Source: Octopus bimaculoides | Lineage: Eukaryota | DNA: 64,000 nucleotides | Assembly: GCF_001194135.2 (NCBI RefSeq) | Contig: NC_068992.1 | Location: forward strand, 16,831,380 to 16,895,379 | Reading direction: 5' to 3' | Shown here: piece after piece, positions 1 through 11,379 of the stretch | Layout: each line of letters opens with the position of its first letter | Numbering within the stretch: the stretch's first letter is position 1 | The notes under the pieces: generated by a model | Seen by the model: the letters and a program-made list of their open reading frames with translations, nothing else | Databases searched by the model: none | What the model was told of the DNA's origin: nothing | Program-made: the position numbers and the translations under genes

Positions 1-31
<31 letters not shown>

Positions 32-504
32 CAGGTAAATAGTTAATTAGTGTTTCTCAATTTGAACTGATGTGAAACTTAATAAGTGATTCACGAGTAA
101 AGATCTATACAGTAATTTAACAAACAGATTTGTTAATGCACGCTAAAATGATTAACAACAATTGAGAATTCTATCAGTATAAGCGATCAGAAGCAATTGA
201 ACTACCAGACTGTGGAAGAGTTAAATTGCATGCCACTTCTCTTGAGAATAACGTACCATTAGCATATGACAAATAAATTAATTGTCTCTATATAATTTTA
301 ATAACGATGCGTATATGATCACAAATAAACGAAGCATATTGAGAAATGAAAGCAGCTAGAAACATACACGCTATATAGCTTAGTATATATATATATATAT
401 ATAGACATACATACATATACGCAAGCGTACTTTCATGCACATACAGAGGACACGTGCATATGCATTTAGACGTATTTAGGTATATATATATATATATATA
501 TATA

Positions 505-624
505 TGGGAGAATTTACGAAAAAGCAACGACAGACGAGGGTGTAAACAACAAAAGGATGTATTAGTTTAACGCTCGAGAATAAAGAAAGTTTTTAACGTT
601 TCGAGCTTTAACGCTCTTCGGCAA
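505..624 (-). mobile_element. Probable Penelope-like (PLE) terminal fragment with degenerate hammerhead motif
   Basis: Minus strand 624-591 reads TTGCCGA-A-GAGC GTTAAA GCTC-GAAA-CGT-T: helix II, GAAA and palindromic ACGT helix III are present; the core has 2 mismatches to CUGANGA. It is truncated by the adjacent SINE. The PLE assignment is inference. Confidence 0.35.
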
Positions 625-842
625 CGCGTTGTGTCCGCTCAGCTGGCAAAAAATGAGTAGTACCTGTGTTTCAAAGGGTCAGCCTTGTCACACTCTGTGT
701 CACGCTGAACTTCCCTGAGAACTACATTAAGAGTACTCGCGTCTGTGGAGTGCTGAGCCACTTAGTCGTTAATTTCATGAGCAAGGTCCTCCGTTGATCG
801 TATGAGATGGTACCGTCGTCGTCGTAACCGACGGAGTGCTCC
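625..842 (+). mobile_element. 5'-truncated SINE with CORE-like central segment
   Basis: cgcgttgtgt..ctcagctggcaaaaaatgagta matches the core segment of the elements at 21437, 25550 and 45700, followed by a different 3' tail. Confidence 0.6.
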
Positions 843-1619
843 TTAATATATGTGTATGTGTGTGTGTATAAGCATGCATATGTTCATATGTATTTAAATA
901 ACAGCTGCCATACAACAGTAATTACACGTTTCCTAGCTTTTATCCTGTTCTGTTCATAACCTTTACCCTCATTGAACGCCTCTACGTTCTTCCTATGAAC
1001 AGATAATATCCGAAAATTGAAGGCACAAAGTGTTAAAGCATTAACCTCATATTGTATTTTATAAACTATCGTTTTTAGCATTTATTGTATTGATACTCTA
1101 TATACGGACGCTCACACACACACACATATGTAAATGGGAATATTTATGTATGAATATATATGTGGTGCAAGCCCTATCGCGGAGGAGAGATACCTGATTA
1201 TTAGTATATTATTTTCTTCAAACCGATTAAAATTTAATTTTCTATATCTTACAGATCTTCCGTCGCAGATGCAATGTAACTCAACAAGTGAAAGGATTCT
1301 CTTCATATAAAAGTAATTTCCTTTGAAAGTTGTTATTTTGAAGACAGGACTATGTCTCTTATAAAATATTTAACTCCTTCATTTTTTTATGAATAAACTT
1401 ATAAATATATAAAACCTTCGTAGTTTTGAGAACAAGCTACAAAAGACCATTAGCGTCTTAAAACTTACCATCATTATATACTGAAGTCTCTGAAACAAGG
1501 TTTTGAATTATTAATGAACCTTGTTATATTGTTTCTCATTAATCATAAACGACACATGAAAAATGTTTCACAGACTTGAGTCTGATAGAGTTTTTATTCA
1601 ATACAACACAGGCACAGAT

Positions 1620-1670
1620 TCACACACACACACAAACGACTCAATCATACATTAACACGCACATACACAT

Positions 1671-1719
<49 letters not shown>

Positions 1720-1765
1720 TACATATATTCATATGTGTATGTATATATTTATATATATGTATGTA
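1620..1765. repeat. (CA)n/(TA)n compound microsatellite
   Basis: Seen directly in the sequence. Confidence 0.9.
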
Positions 1766-1818
1766 TGCGTATGTTACTATTTAACAAATTTTATTCAACT
1801 TTCTCTCTTTTATACAAC

Positions 1819-2190
1819 CGTGACTTTTTTTCCTGTGACTTTTTTTCCGTTACATTTTTACTTGTGACATTTTTCACCGGGATTCTTCGTAACATGTAAC
1901 GTGCTTTCGCCATTGCTTTAAGAGCGTACCTACTCAGGAGAAGAATCCAGGTAAAATGTCACAGGAAAAAAAGTCACGGAAAAAGGTTCAGAGGTAAAAA
2001 AAAGTCCGGGGTGGGGGCTCTGTCCAAGTGGGTTTTGTCCTCGTGGGGTTTTGTCTGGATCTCGTAAATTGTGACTTTTTCCCTGTGATTTTATTACCGG
2101 TGACCATAAATCAATTGTGACTTTTTTCTTAGCCAAAATTATAACTTTATTACCATGACTTCTTTTTCTGTGATTTTATTACCTGTTACC
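1819..2190. mobile_element. Modular foldback/MITE-like element(s) built of ~14-15 bp TGTGACTTTTTTCC units
   Basis: Unit arrays at 1819-1885 (+), 1943-2005 (-) and ~2069-2190 (+), with a central GGGGTTTTGTCC-like array at ~2008-2058. Near-perfect inverted match of 1864-1885 to 1943-1962. Confidence 0.6.
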
Positions 2191-2352
2191 GTTACGTTAC
2201 GAACACATACTCGTTTGCATATAACGGCAGTTCTAGCTCAATTGCCGGAACGTTTATAATCCTCATTCCCCAAATTTATTGAACAACCATTTAATTTCAT
2301 TTAGTAATATACATATACGTACCACAGCATATATACAGTGTTGATTTGTATA

Positions 2353-2584
2353 CAGAGTGTCCATAAATAACTTTATAATTTGAAAAATTCAGAAAAAAAT
2401 GCGATCTGAGGATAACTGAACAGAGGTTATGGAAAAATATAAGTGAACAAATAACGTTTTATCAGAAGCATCCAAACACTTCTCACGTGAGCCGCTTTGG
2501 TTGCAAAGATGTTGATTGATGGTTCTCAACTTTAATAGATGCAATAAACTGTGGAAGTTGTAAAGATAATTTATGGATACGCTG
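2353..2584. mobile_element. Tc1/mariner-type MITE
   Basis: TA|CAGAGTGTCCATAAATA ... AATTTATGGATACGCTG|TA: imperfect ~17-20 bp TIRs flanked by TA at 2351-2352 and 2585-2586. Confidence 0.7.
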
Positions 2585-3077
2585 TATATAAACATGTTTT
2601 ATTGCCTTGTTTCCATGCCAAATCAGCATCTGCATGCCGAACTTTGCATTATTTATCGTCTGTGATAAGAAACTTACGACTGTTTTACATGTTTAAGGGA
2701 AATAATTCTAGTATACATTTTTCTACATTTTTATACATTTTATATAAGATTTATACATTTCAAAATGAATGCAGTTATTCAGATTAAACATATATACACG
2801 AAGAGAGGTTGACAGTAACTTCGAAGTTTTCGCCGGATGTTGTTCACCATACTATCCGAAAAAACTAGAAGCACCAAAATCTAAGTTGCTGTCACCCCCT
2901 CCTCAGTCTTTTAAAAGTTAAAATAAATGTGTGCTATACTAAACGCATTGAAAAATTCTTTAGTAGAAAGTTATAGTGCTTTTAGTATAATTCGAATAAA
3001 AGACAAAAAAAGTGTATACATATGTATATGTATATGTATGTATATGTATATGTATGTATACACACATATATATATAA

Positions 3078-3116
<39 letters not shown>

Positions 3117-3238
3117 TTCGTATGTGTATTTCGTGTGCAAGATTCTTGATGTGGATACGTGTGTTGAAAGAAATACAATTAAACCTTGGGAGAGGCATTA
3201 TATATATATATATACATATATACATATATATACATATA

Positions 3239-3646
3239 GGCGCAGGAGTGTCTGTGTGCTAAGTAACTTGCTTACCAACCACATGGTTGTGGGTTAAGTC
3301 CCACTGCGTTGCACCTTGGGTTAGTGTCTTCTGCTATAGCCTCGGGGTGACATAAGCCTTGTGAGTGGATTTGCTAGACGGAAACTGAAAGAAACCTGTC
3401 GTATATATGTATATGTATATGTATATATATGTGTGTGTATGTTTGTGTGTCTGTGTTTGTCCGCCCGTACATCGCTTGACAACCGATGCTGGTGTGTTTA
3501 CGTCCCCGTATCTTTGGCAAAAGAAACCGATAGAATAAGTACTAGGCTGACAAAGAATAAGTCCTGGAGTCGATTTGCTCGACTGAAGGCGGTGCTCCAG
3601 CATGGCCGAAATCAAATGACTGAAACAAGTAGTAAAGAGAGTAAAG
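3239..3646 (+). mobile_element. tRNA-derived SINE family A, near full length, internal (TA/TG)n
   Basis: Head GGCGCAGGAGTG with A/B-box-like motifs; GGAAACTGAAAGAA, internal SSR, 3' CAGCATGGCC..AATGACTGAAACAAGTA; homologous to at least 8 other copies in the window. Confidence 0.9.
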
Positions 3647-3740
3647 AATATATATATATGTATATACATATATACATCTATGTATACATATTTGTGTATA
3701 TACATACATACACTCATACACACACACACGCACTCACACG

Positions 3741-3744
<4 letters not shown>

Positions 3745-3827
<83 letters not shown>

Positions 3828-3835
3828 ATATATAT
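3745..3835. repeat. (TA)n microsatellite
   Basis: Seen directly in the sequence. Confidence 0.95.
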
Positions 3836-4857
3836 ACGTACTTATAGCATGATTCAGTGTTAGTCGGAATGACAACTTTAACATGAGAGTTCTCTATGAC
3901 CAACAAGATTTTAAAAAAATAAAATTCATTTAACGATGAATCACTGTTTACTAAAATTTCTTGTATCTTTTAATTTTTCTTCTTTTATTTCTTTCCATAC
4001 TGTAGAAACTGATTTAGCATTTCTGCACGAACGACGAATTACATCCTGCTTAAGGTTAAAACAGACGCAAAGAAAACGTAAAATCTGACAAAATACGATT
4101 GTTGTAATTTCTGCTTAAAGTTGCTGGCGAAATCATTTTTCAATAGCTTTTAAACTGAAAAATTTTGAAAGATTTACTGCGAAAAACAATTTCCACGCGG
4201 AGAAAATTTAAGAAATTACTATAATCGAACGAGAATAATCTGGTATTAACATAGTAGGCGTTTCTGAGATTCTGTAAAGTAAATACTATGGCATTATGTA
4301 CAAACACTGAACTTGAGTGAAAGCAAGTAGTTACGGGAGAGATGTTTTGTGTTACGTTACAAATGGAGGTGATTATAAACGGCTGCTTAAAAGACAGTTC
4401 TGTTCGCATTAGTATACAAAGAAAATACGTGAAAAATATGAAATACAACGTATACGCGTATTTATCTTCACGTGTCTATGAGCGCTTATTTGTTTTTCCG
4501 TGTGAATGCGTGTATGTGTGTGCAAAATGAAACAAAGATGTACTCACTTCAATCCTTTGTACGATACACTGAGGACGTATTTATTCAAATACGGAAACCA
4601 CACATTCCCAATGTTAGAATGTTCTTTTGTTCCGACAGCGTAATTGTACATACGATTTCTGGATATCTTAGATTTACACATCTGCAAAAAGAAATGTAAT
4701 GCTTGCTTATAATATTACATAATTATATAGAATTGTATATACATTAATACATTGAAAATAACATTTCAGCCTCAGAAGAGAAACGTGGTTATTATATATT
4801 TATTTTATATGAAGTAATTTATATTTATGAAATTGCATGTAAGATGGAAGTTTATTG

Positions 4858-5025
4858 GTTTCAAATTTTGGCACACGGCAGCAAATTTTAGGGAAGGGAC
4901 AAGTTGATTATAACAACGCGCGTTATCCGCTGGTACTTATTCTATAGGCCCCGAAAAGATGAAAGCCAAAGTCGAATTTGATCTCAGAACATAAAGACGG
5001 ACGAAATAACGCTAAGCATTTTACC
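4858..5025 (-). mobile_element. SINE family B, diverged
   Basis: Reverse-complement similarity to the 10970-11182 copy (ccgaaaagatgaaagccaaagtcga..ctcagaac..gctaagcattt). Confidence 0.75.
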
Positions 5026-6264
5026 AATACAAAATAGAAGTATAATGTTTCGAAAACAAACCGCCATGGTATAATGGACAAACATGACAGTCATTAAGTA
5101 GAAATATGTTTATTCTCGTTGATATAACTAGCATAAACATCAAATTATAGAGCTTACAGTGCGTGATGTCCACTTATACACAGCCATAAGTAATTCTTTT
5201 CAACCTGGTCGTTTAGACAGTTTGAGCTGCAAACCCAGCACCATGAATTATAGAATACAAGACAACGATTCTTTCTTGGCCAAAGCGCCCAAGAAAGTAA
5301 ATGAAAAAGAAATAGTAATTTCATTATCCTATGACTGATATACTTTATATATATACGTATATTATATGTAATATAATATACATATAATATACATGTATAT
5401 TATATGTACATTATATGTACATTATATGTGTATTAGGAAAGTTCTTACCCATATTTGACAGTACTTATATCTAAATCGCTCATGTTCGCTACCTCATTTC
5501 TAATTTCCTACTGTGGTTAAGCATAATTAGCTATAATTAGATCTTACTCATAATTAATCTTACCTTATTTAATAATGTATAAAGCTGTATCCAGATACTC
5601 TAGAGCCTAGATCAATGCAATTGAATAATTCTCGACCGTATTAACCATAGCTTAATTCAACCTTAATGATAGATAATATATTGAAACATATTCACACATT
5701 CTGCAATCTGCGAAAATACTTATTTTCCCATTGGTGTTAACACCTTAAAATTAAATAGTTCGTATGTGTTAACTATTCGTAATTTACACTTGGATATTGA
5801 ACATAGCCTAATAACGTTTAAACTTTATCACTGTAAATATATAATTCCTTAGCTCCGCTAACAATAATTTGATTTCACCATAGATATATATAATATATTA
5901 GGTCTTTTAGACGTTTGCTCTTTATAAAATATTTCTCACCTGTTAAGGTTTGACATCCCAGACTATCATATTTAATACCCCAACAAGACCATGTGCTCCA
6001 AGCCTTTAAATTGTTGAGTGTTTGAAGACATAACACACGTCATAATAATGTACCTAGCCACGCGTGCTTTCATAGTTAGAAACTTTTAGTTCCTCTTAGT
6101 ATCAAATTATATTTATCTCTCACAAGATGGGATAGATTTTTTTGTTAATCTTAACTTTACAGAACAGTAAACTATATAAATATATATACATATATATATA
6201 TATCATATATATATATACATATATATACATGTATATATGTATGTATAATATAGGCATATGCATG

Positions 6265-6296
<32 letters not shown>

Positions 6297-7819
6297 CTCG
6301 CACGCATACACACACATATACACATATATTTACATGCTATAGAATTGATTTAAAGTCGAAAACAATTTCTTTGGAAATTTGATGCCGTATAAATTTAATG
6401 ATAATGGATCTAATGTGAATATTTCAAACAAAATCAATAATCTGATTATATTCGATAGCAATGAAATTAGAATTAAGCTTGTAAACCAAAATTAATACTT
6501 ATATACTCTAAACAACGTGCCCTCTTTACTAGTGGACGGACTCTTTTTCAAGCAAGACGATTTTGAAAGATTTAAGATCGAAAATCTTTTGCGTTTTATA
6601 TTATATAAAAATGTCACGGTTACCGTTTTGGCTATTTGATTAATAATCGCTGGATCAATGTATTAATCTACAAAAAAGAAATCAAGTATTTCTTTACTGG
6701 GAAACCTAAATCAGAGACCACTTCACATGTCAATCCAGAAAGTGGCGTATATATTTCCTTTGATTTTTATTTATACTTTTGGTTGTTTTTCCTTTTCTTT
6801 TTTTTTCTCTATCTTTTATTTTGGTAGTGCGGTAGATTGTCTGATTGATTAATGTTTTTTGTTGTTACTGTTGTTTCAATCGCATTGAGAGAAATAACTT
6901 CAGAGATATATATACATAACAGATACATGATAAAGTAAAAGAACATCTTAGATCAACTCTTAAGTCTCTATGGCTTTAGAACTTAAATCTTACGATCTCT
7001 ATTACAGCTATAGGAGAGAGTTTGTAGATTTTAAACAATATTGAGCAATTTGAAATAGACAGAATATAGACAGTGGGAGAGTAGTAGTGAGAGAGAGCGA
7101 GAAGGGAGGAGGGAAAAACAATGAAAAGACAGAAAGAAAGGCTTAATGAATAAAGGAGAAAAAAGAGATATAATGTTAGGATTCCTTTAGTTTCAATTGC
7201 TTTTTTTTTTCAAATTACACCGATTAATTAATTTCAGTAACTTATTTCGTTTTGCATATGCTATCTTTTTACAGCACCTCTTCTACGCTATTTTGCACTT
7301 ACTGTATGATTCTGTATTAACTACTTCCTCAGCTACTGTTAAATCTATCCGTCATTAACAAGAACCAATTAAAACTAAAGCACACCTGCATATATTCCTT
7401 GTACTTGTATATGAAGAAAATAATTCCTTTAGTCATTGATTTGATTCTAGCTTTTCCTCACCGCATAATAATCTCTAAATAAAATTTGCATCATCCCATT
7501 AATAAAGATGACTAGTAACAACAGGAAATAAGTAGCGAAAACACATATTTCTCGGTTCTACACATGTTTTGAGCTACAAACATGGCACACAAACTGAAAG
7601 AAAAAAACGTATATATATATAGATATATATATATATATATAAATATATATGGCCCTAAAAGAGCTGTTGTTCTTTTTGTATAAGGTACTACGTTCTTGTC
7701 TTGAAGTTGATATCAAATGTTACAAAGCATTTTTGAGATAGAAGTAATTTCCTGATGCGTGGTTTAAGGACTTTTATGTATTCATTTGATGTGTGATAGA
7801 GAATGTGCCCTACGCCAAA

Positions 7820-8033
7820 TGATGTAGGCAGTTATAATGAGACCTCAAAAGGGTAGGAAATTGATTAAGGCTATTCAATATTTTAAATCTACGCAAATTG
7901 GTCGCTCGAATTCTCTTAAGCTGCTGGGTGGGTTGCTTACATAAAGAGATTGAATGCGTATTTTACTGAGATAGGTCAAGTGATGTAGACAATTCTGATG
8001 AGACCGCAATAACGGTTGAAAATCGATTAAGGC
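7820..8033 (+). ncRNA. Tandem pair of type I hammerhead-like motifs (second copy has an intact core)
   Basis: Copy B: CTGATGA 7995-8001, helix II GACCG/CGGTT, GAAA 8018-8021, palindromic helix III AATCGATT, triplet UUA; helix I only ~2 bp. Copy A (7820-7871) aligns to it 161 nt upstream with core mutations. Confidence 0.5.
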
Positions 8034-8629
8034 CCTTCGTCATTTTTTTCAATAATCAGAGAAATAGCTCAATGTTTGTATGGCTACTGCCTAGGTTAAC
8101 GAATATTTCTCTTGAAAAAGCGAAGTATTTAGAATTTTACGCATAATATATTAAAACTGTGATCAGTTATACAGGAATGTGGTTCATTACAAGGCAACAT
8201 TCTTCATCTTTATAGTTCCAATTTACATTTCTATGCAATGAATATCAATAAATAAACGCTTCTTATTTTAATGACAAACACAATGTACAATAAAACAGCA
8301 TACGAATAATTAAAAATCAAAGATGAACCAAAATTTAACTACTTGCACAGTTTCCAAGCTATTCTGTGATTAAATTAATATCAAGATTTTAAGGGCAAAT
8401 CGAAAGTTGGTTGGGGTGACTAAAACTGTATGTTATCAGTCTAAATTCATTACATCAGTTGTTTCTAAATATATTCAAATTTTCCATTTCTGCCAGCAAG
8501 GACAGAAATGGAATCTACAAAAGAAAATATCAAACATATTGTAAACAAATTGCATATAATTGAGTCGATAGATTAACAACTAATCCTCCGTTAAAAGTGG
8601 ACGCTTTATATGTTTAGAGCAGTTTCATG

Positions 8630-8837
8630 CACTAGTGTAGCTGGGGTGGGGAGGTAGGGGCAGTCCACCCCCGGCCGGCACTCTCACAGGGGCGGCACTC
8701 TCAAAGGGGCGGCACTCTAACAGGGGCGGCACTCTCACAGGGGCGGNNNNNNNNNNTTTTTTTTTGGGGGGGGGGGTGTCCAGGGTCTGCAAACGGAAGG
8801 GCCGCCTCGTGCAGCGCACACTCTAGATACGCCAGTG
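8630..8837. mobile_element. hAT-like MITE carrying a 17-bp GC-rich minisatellite
   Basis: Ends CACTAGTGTAGCT / AGATACGCCAGTG (10/13 inverted match); flanks GTTTCATG / GAGTCATG (6/8); GGCACTCTCACAGGGGC x4+ at 8677-8746 running into a gap. Confidence 0.55.
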
Positions 8838-9384
8838 GAGTCATGAAGAGTCACTGATTAAGATACTTAGCTATCAAATCTGGATGTAGAGAGAGGGACA
8901 GAGAGAATGAAGAAAAAGAAAGAGGAGGAGGGGAGTGGAAGAAGGAGAAGGGACAGAATACGCTGATCAATATACCAGTGCCATAACAGACACAATGTTG
9001 AATAATTTAGTTCGTTGTTGCTTTCTCTTATCGATTTTGAACTGCGAGAATTTAACAAGAAATAAATCATACAAGTTTACCATCAGTCAGTGAAACAGTG
9101 AAATTCACAGACACTGGAATAGCTCAATATTTCAATAAACTAAAGAAATTCTTGATATTTCAAAGTTCATAATAACAATTTCTATATCCTTTACATATAA
9201 CTATTTATTATAAACACGGATTGCCGAAAGCAACCAAGTCTTTCTATTTATCCTGTTTTCGAAATATTCTGACTTCCAACACAACTCGGTACCAACAGCG
9301 GTTGGACCACCACCATTCATCACCAGCACCACCAACAACATCATGATTATCGTCACAAAATTAACAATAATAATAATAAACATT

Positions 9385-9521
9385 TCTGTAATAGGCATCA
9401 GGCCTGGAATTTGGAGGGGGAGGATGTTAGTCGCTTATATCGATCCCAGTGTTTCCCTGGCATTTAATATTTCGACCCCGAAAGGATGAAAGGCAAAGTT
9501 GACCTCGGCGGAATTTGAACT
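9385..9521 (-). mobile_element. SINE family B, head truncated
   Basis: tcgaccccgaaaggatgaaaggcaaagttgacctcggcggaatttgaac matches family B. Confidence 0.85.
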
Positions 9522-9945
9522 GACCTTATCCAGTTGAGCATGTCCCATTGTGGCTGACGATATGTGCATCTCTGATCACGAGCAGAAGTAGTGGGGAAGC
9601 ATCATAGCCATGTGTTGAGAGGAATTCTTTGGGATTTGAGTAATTCACCTCTGGAAACATGGGTGTTTTCTTCAACATCCTTAAACAACCGTTATCCAGG
9701 GACATTTACAGCGGGATGGACTACTCGATCTCAAAAGGATTCTAACTGGGCCCCACCTGCAAGGTCAGGTGCTGTTAATATTGATATGAGATCACTATGT
9801 CGCGCACATATGGTTGTGATGCATGTGCCTGGGGTACCCTTATCAGACGGGTAGTCATGATGGGTATAATGGGCTTCATATATTTGTACCCCAGTGTCAC
9901 TTTGATGGTATGCACTACTCTCTCATTCAATAACAACAACAACAA
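9522..9945 (+). mobile_element. Probable 3' end/UTR of a non-LTR retrotransposon with (AAC/AAT)n tail
   Basis: GC-richer 420 bp block ending in tctctcattcaataacaacaacaacaat. It resembles an abundant octopus LINE 3' end as recalled; not verified. Confidence 0.5.
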
Positions 9946-10065
9946 TAGAGACCGCAACAGCAGCAGCAGCAGTAGTAGTAGTTGTTGTTATTGCTGTTGT
10001 TGATGTTTTTGTTGTTCCTTTTGTTGCTGTTGTTGTTCTTGTTCTTGCTTGTTGTTGTTGTTGTT
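9925..10065. repeat. Compound trinucleotide repeat (AAC)-(AGC)-(AGT)-(TGT)
   Basis: Seen directly in the sequence. Confidence 0.85.
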
Positions 10066-10344
10066 TCTAAAATAGGCAAAATCCTATATTGTACATTTAT
10101 ACATTAAGTGCGAAGGGTGTTGGTCATTTAAGTGGACTCCAGTACTAGGCTTGTTCTTTATTTTAGTACGATTCCAGAAAGGCGAAGGAAAATACTGACT
10201 GCTCATAGAATAAGCCACTCAAAACATCGCCAAATTTGAACGGTATTTACCACAAATACAATGCGATTGGGATCTTATACAACTAAAATGTATAGCAAAT
10301 AATCACCTCTTCCAGAATCATGGGAAATTCATGCAAAAAGTTAC

Positions 10345-10612
10345 CGGAACTGGAAGAAGCTCGTCGTGTGTGTGTGTGTGTGTGTGTGTTTCTTTGTGTA
10401 TGTGTCTGTTCCCAACCCACCACCACCGCTTGACAACCAGTGTTTGTGTGTTTGTTTCCCTGTAACCTTGTGGTTCGGCAGACTAGGTCCGATAGGCTAA
10501 GTACCAGGCTTTAAAAAATGAAGCACTGGTGTCGATTCATTTGACTAAAATTTCAAGGTGGCGCCCCCAGCATGGCCACAGTCTAATGAGAGATAACAGA
10601 TAAAAGACTTTA
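10345..10612 (+). mobile_element. SINE family A, 3' half
   Basis: gaagaagctcgtcg(TG)n..gcttgacaaccagt..cagcatggccacagtctaatga. Confidence 0.85.
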
Positions 10613-10969
10613 AAAAAGAAGATGAAAACACTATTTTGTGTCTTTAAGGATTTTAATAAATACCAAACCGAGGCTGCATTAACAGGTTGATATGAAAGAA
10701 AAGCGAGAATCAATGACAGAAAAACGTGGAAGAGCTAAAATCTGAACGGAAATCGGGACTAGAGAATACTTTGGTGAAACAAACGTAGGAAAAGCCTCTA
10801 CATGGCTAATTGTTTGATATAATGAAAATATAAAGGAAAATAGCCAACGCTTAATGAGAAACGCAGACCTGAAATGAGTAAATTAATTATTCATGATTGC
10901 AGTACATTACAAAGCCTCCTTACCAGGCACCAGCAAAAGTATATAATGAAGCAGAATATGTGGATATGC

Positions 10970-11182
10970 AAGGCGGTGATCTGGCAGAAACGTCAGCACG
11001 CCGGGCGAAATGCTTAGCGATATTTCGTCTGTCTTAATGTTCTGTGTTCAAATTCCGCCGAGGTCGACTTTGCACTTCATCCTTTCGGTAGAGATAAATT
11101 AAATACCAGTTGCTTACTGGGATCGATCTAATCGACTGGCTCCCTTCTCCAAAATTTCGGGCCTTGTGTGTAGAGAAGAAAT
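10970..11182 (+). mobile_element. SINE family B, full length with 16-bp TSD
   Basis: Head aaggcggtgatctggcagaaacg, B-box GTTCAAATTCC at 11046-11056; perfect direct repeat GAATATGTGGATATGC at 10954-10969 and 11183-11198. Confidence 0.92.
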
Positions 11183-11379
11183 GAATATGTGGATATGCGA
11201 TAGAAACAATTTGCTCCGTTATATCTGGTTGGCCCCTCTTGACCAAAAAAGGAATACATTCACACCCATGGCAGTATTAGCACTTACATTTCGTGGAATT
11301 TATTCCAACACTTTTAAATATAATGGCTTCTACTATTTCTTTCGCGTATTTTGACCTTGTCAATCAGCTCATCAACCCA

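Noticed and set aside
1255-1490. Plus-strand acceptor/exon at ~1255-1312 and minus-strand 21-nt micro-exon at ~1469-1489
   Set aside because: Splice-like signals only; no recognisable peptide and such matches are frequent in AT-rich DNA.
8677-8746. CRISPR-like array
   Set aside because: Units are directly adjacent with no spacers; eukaryotic minisatellite.
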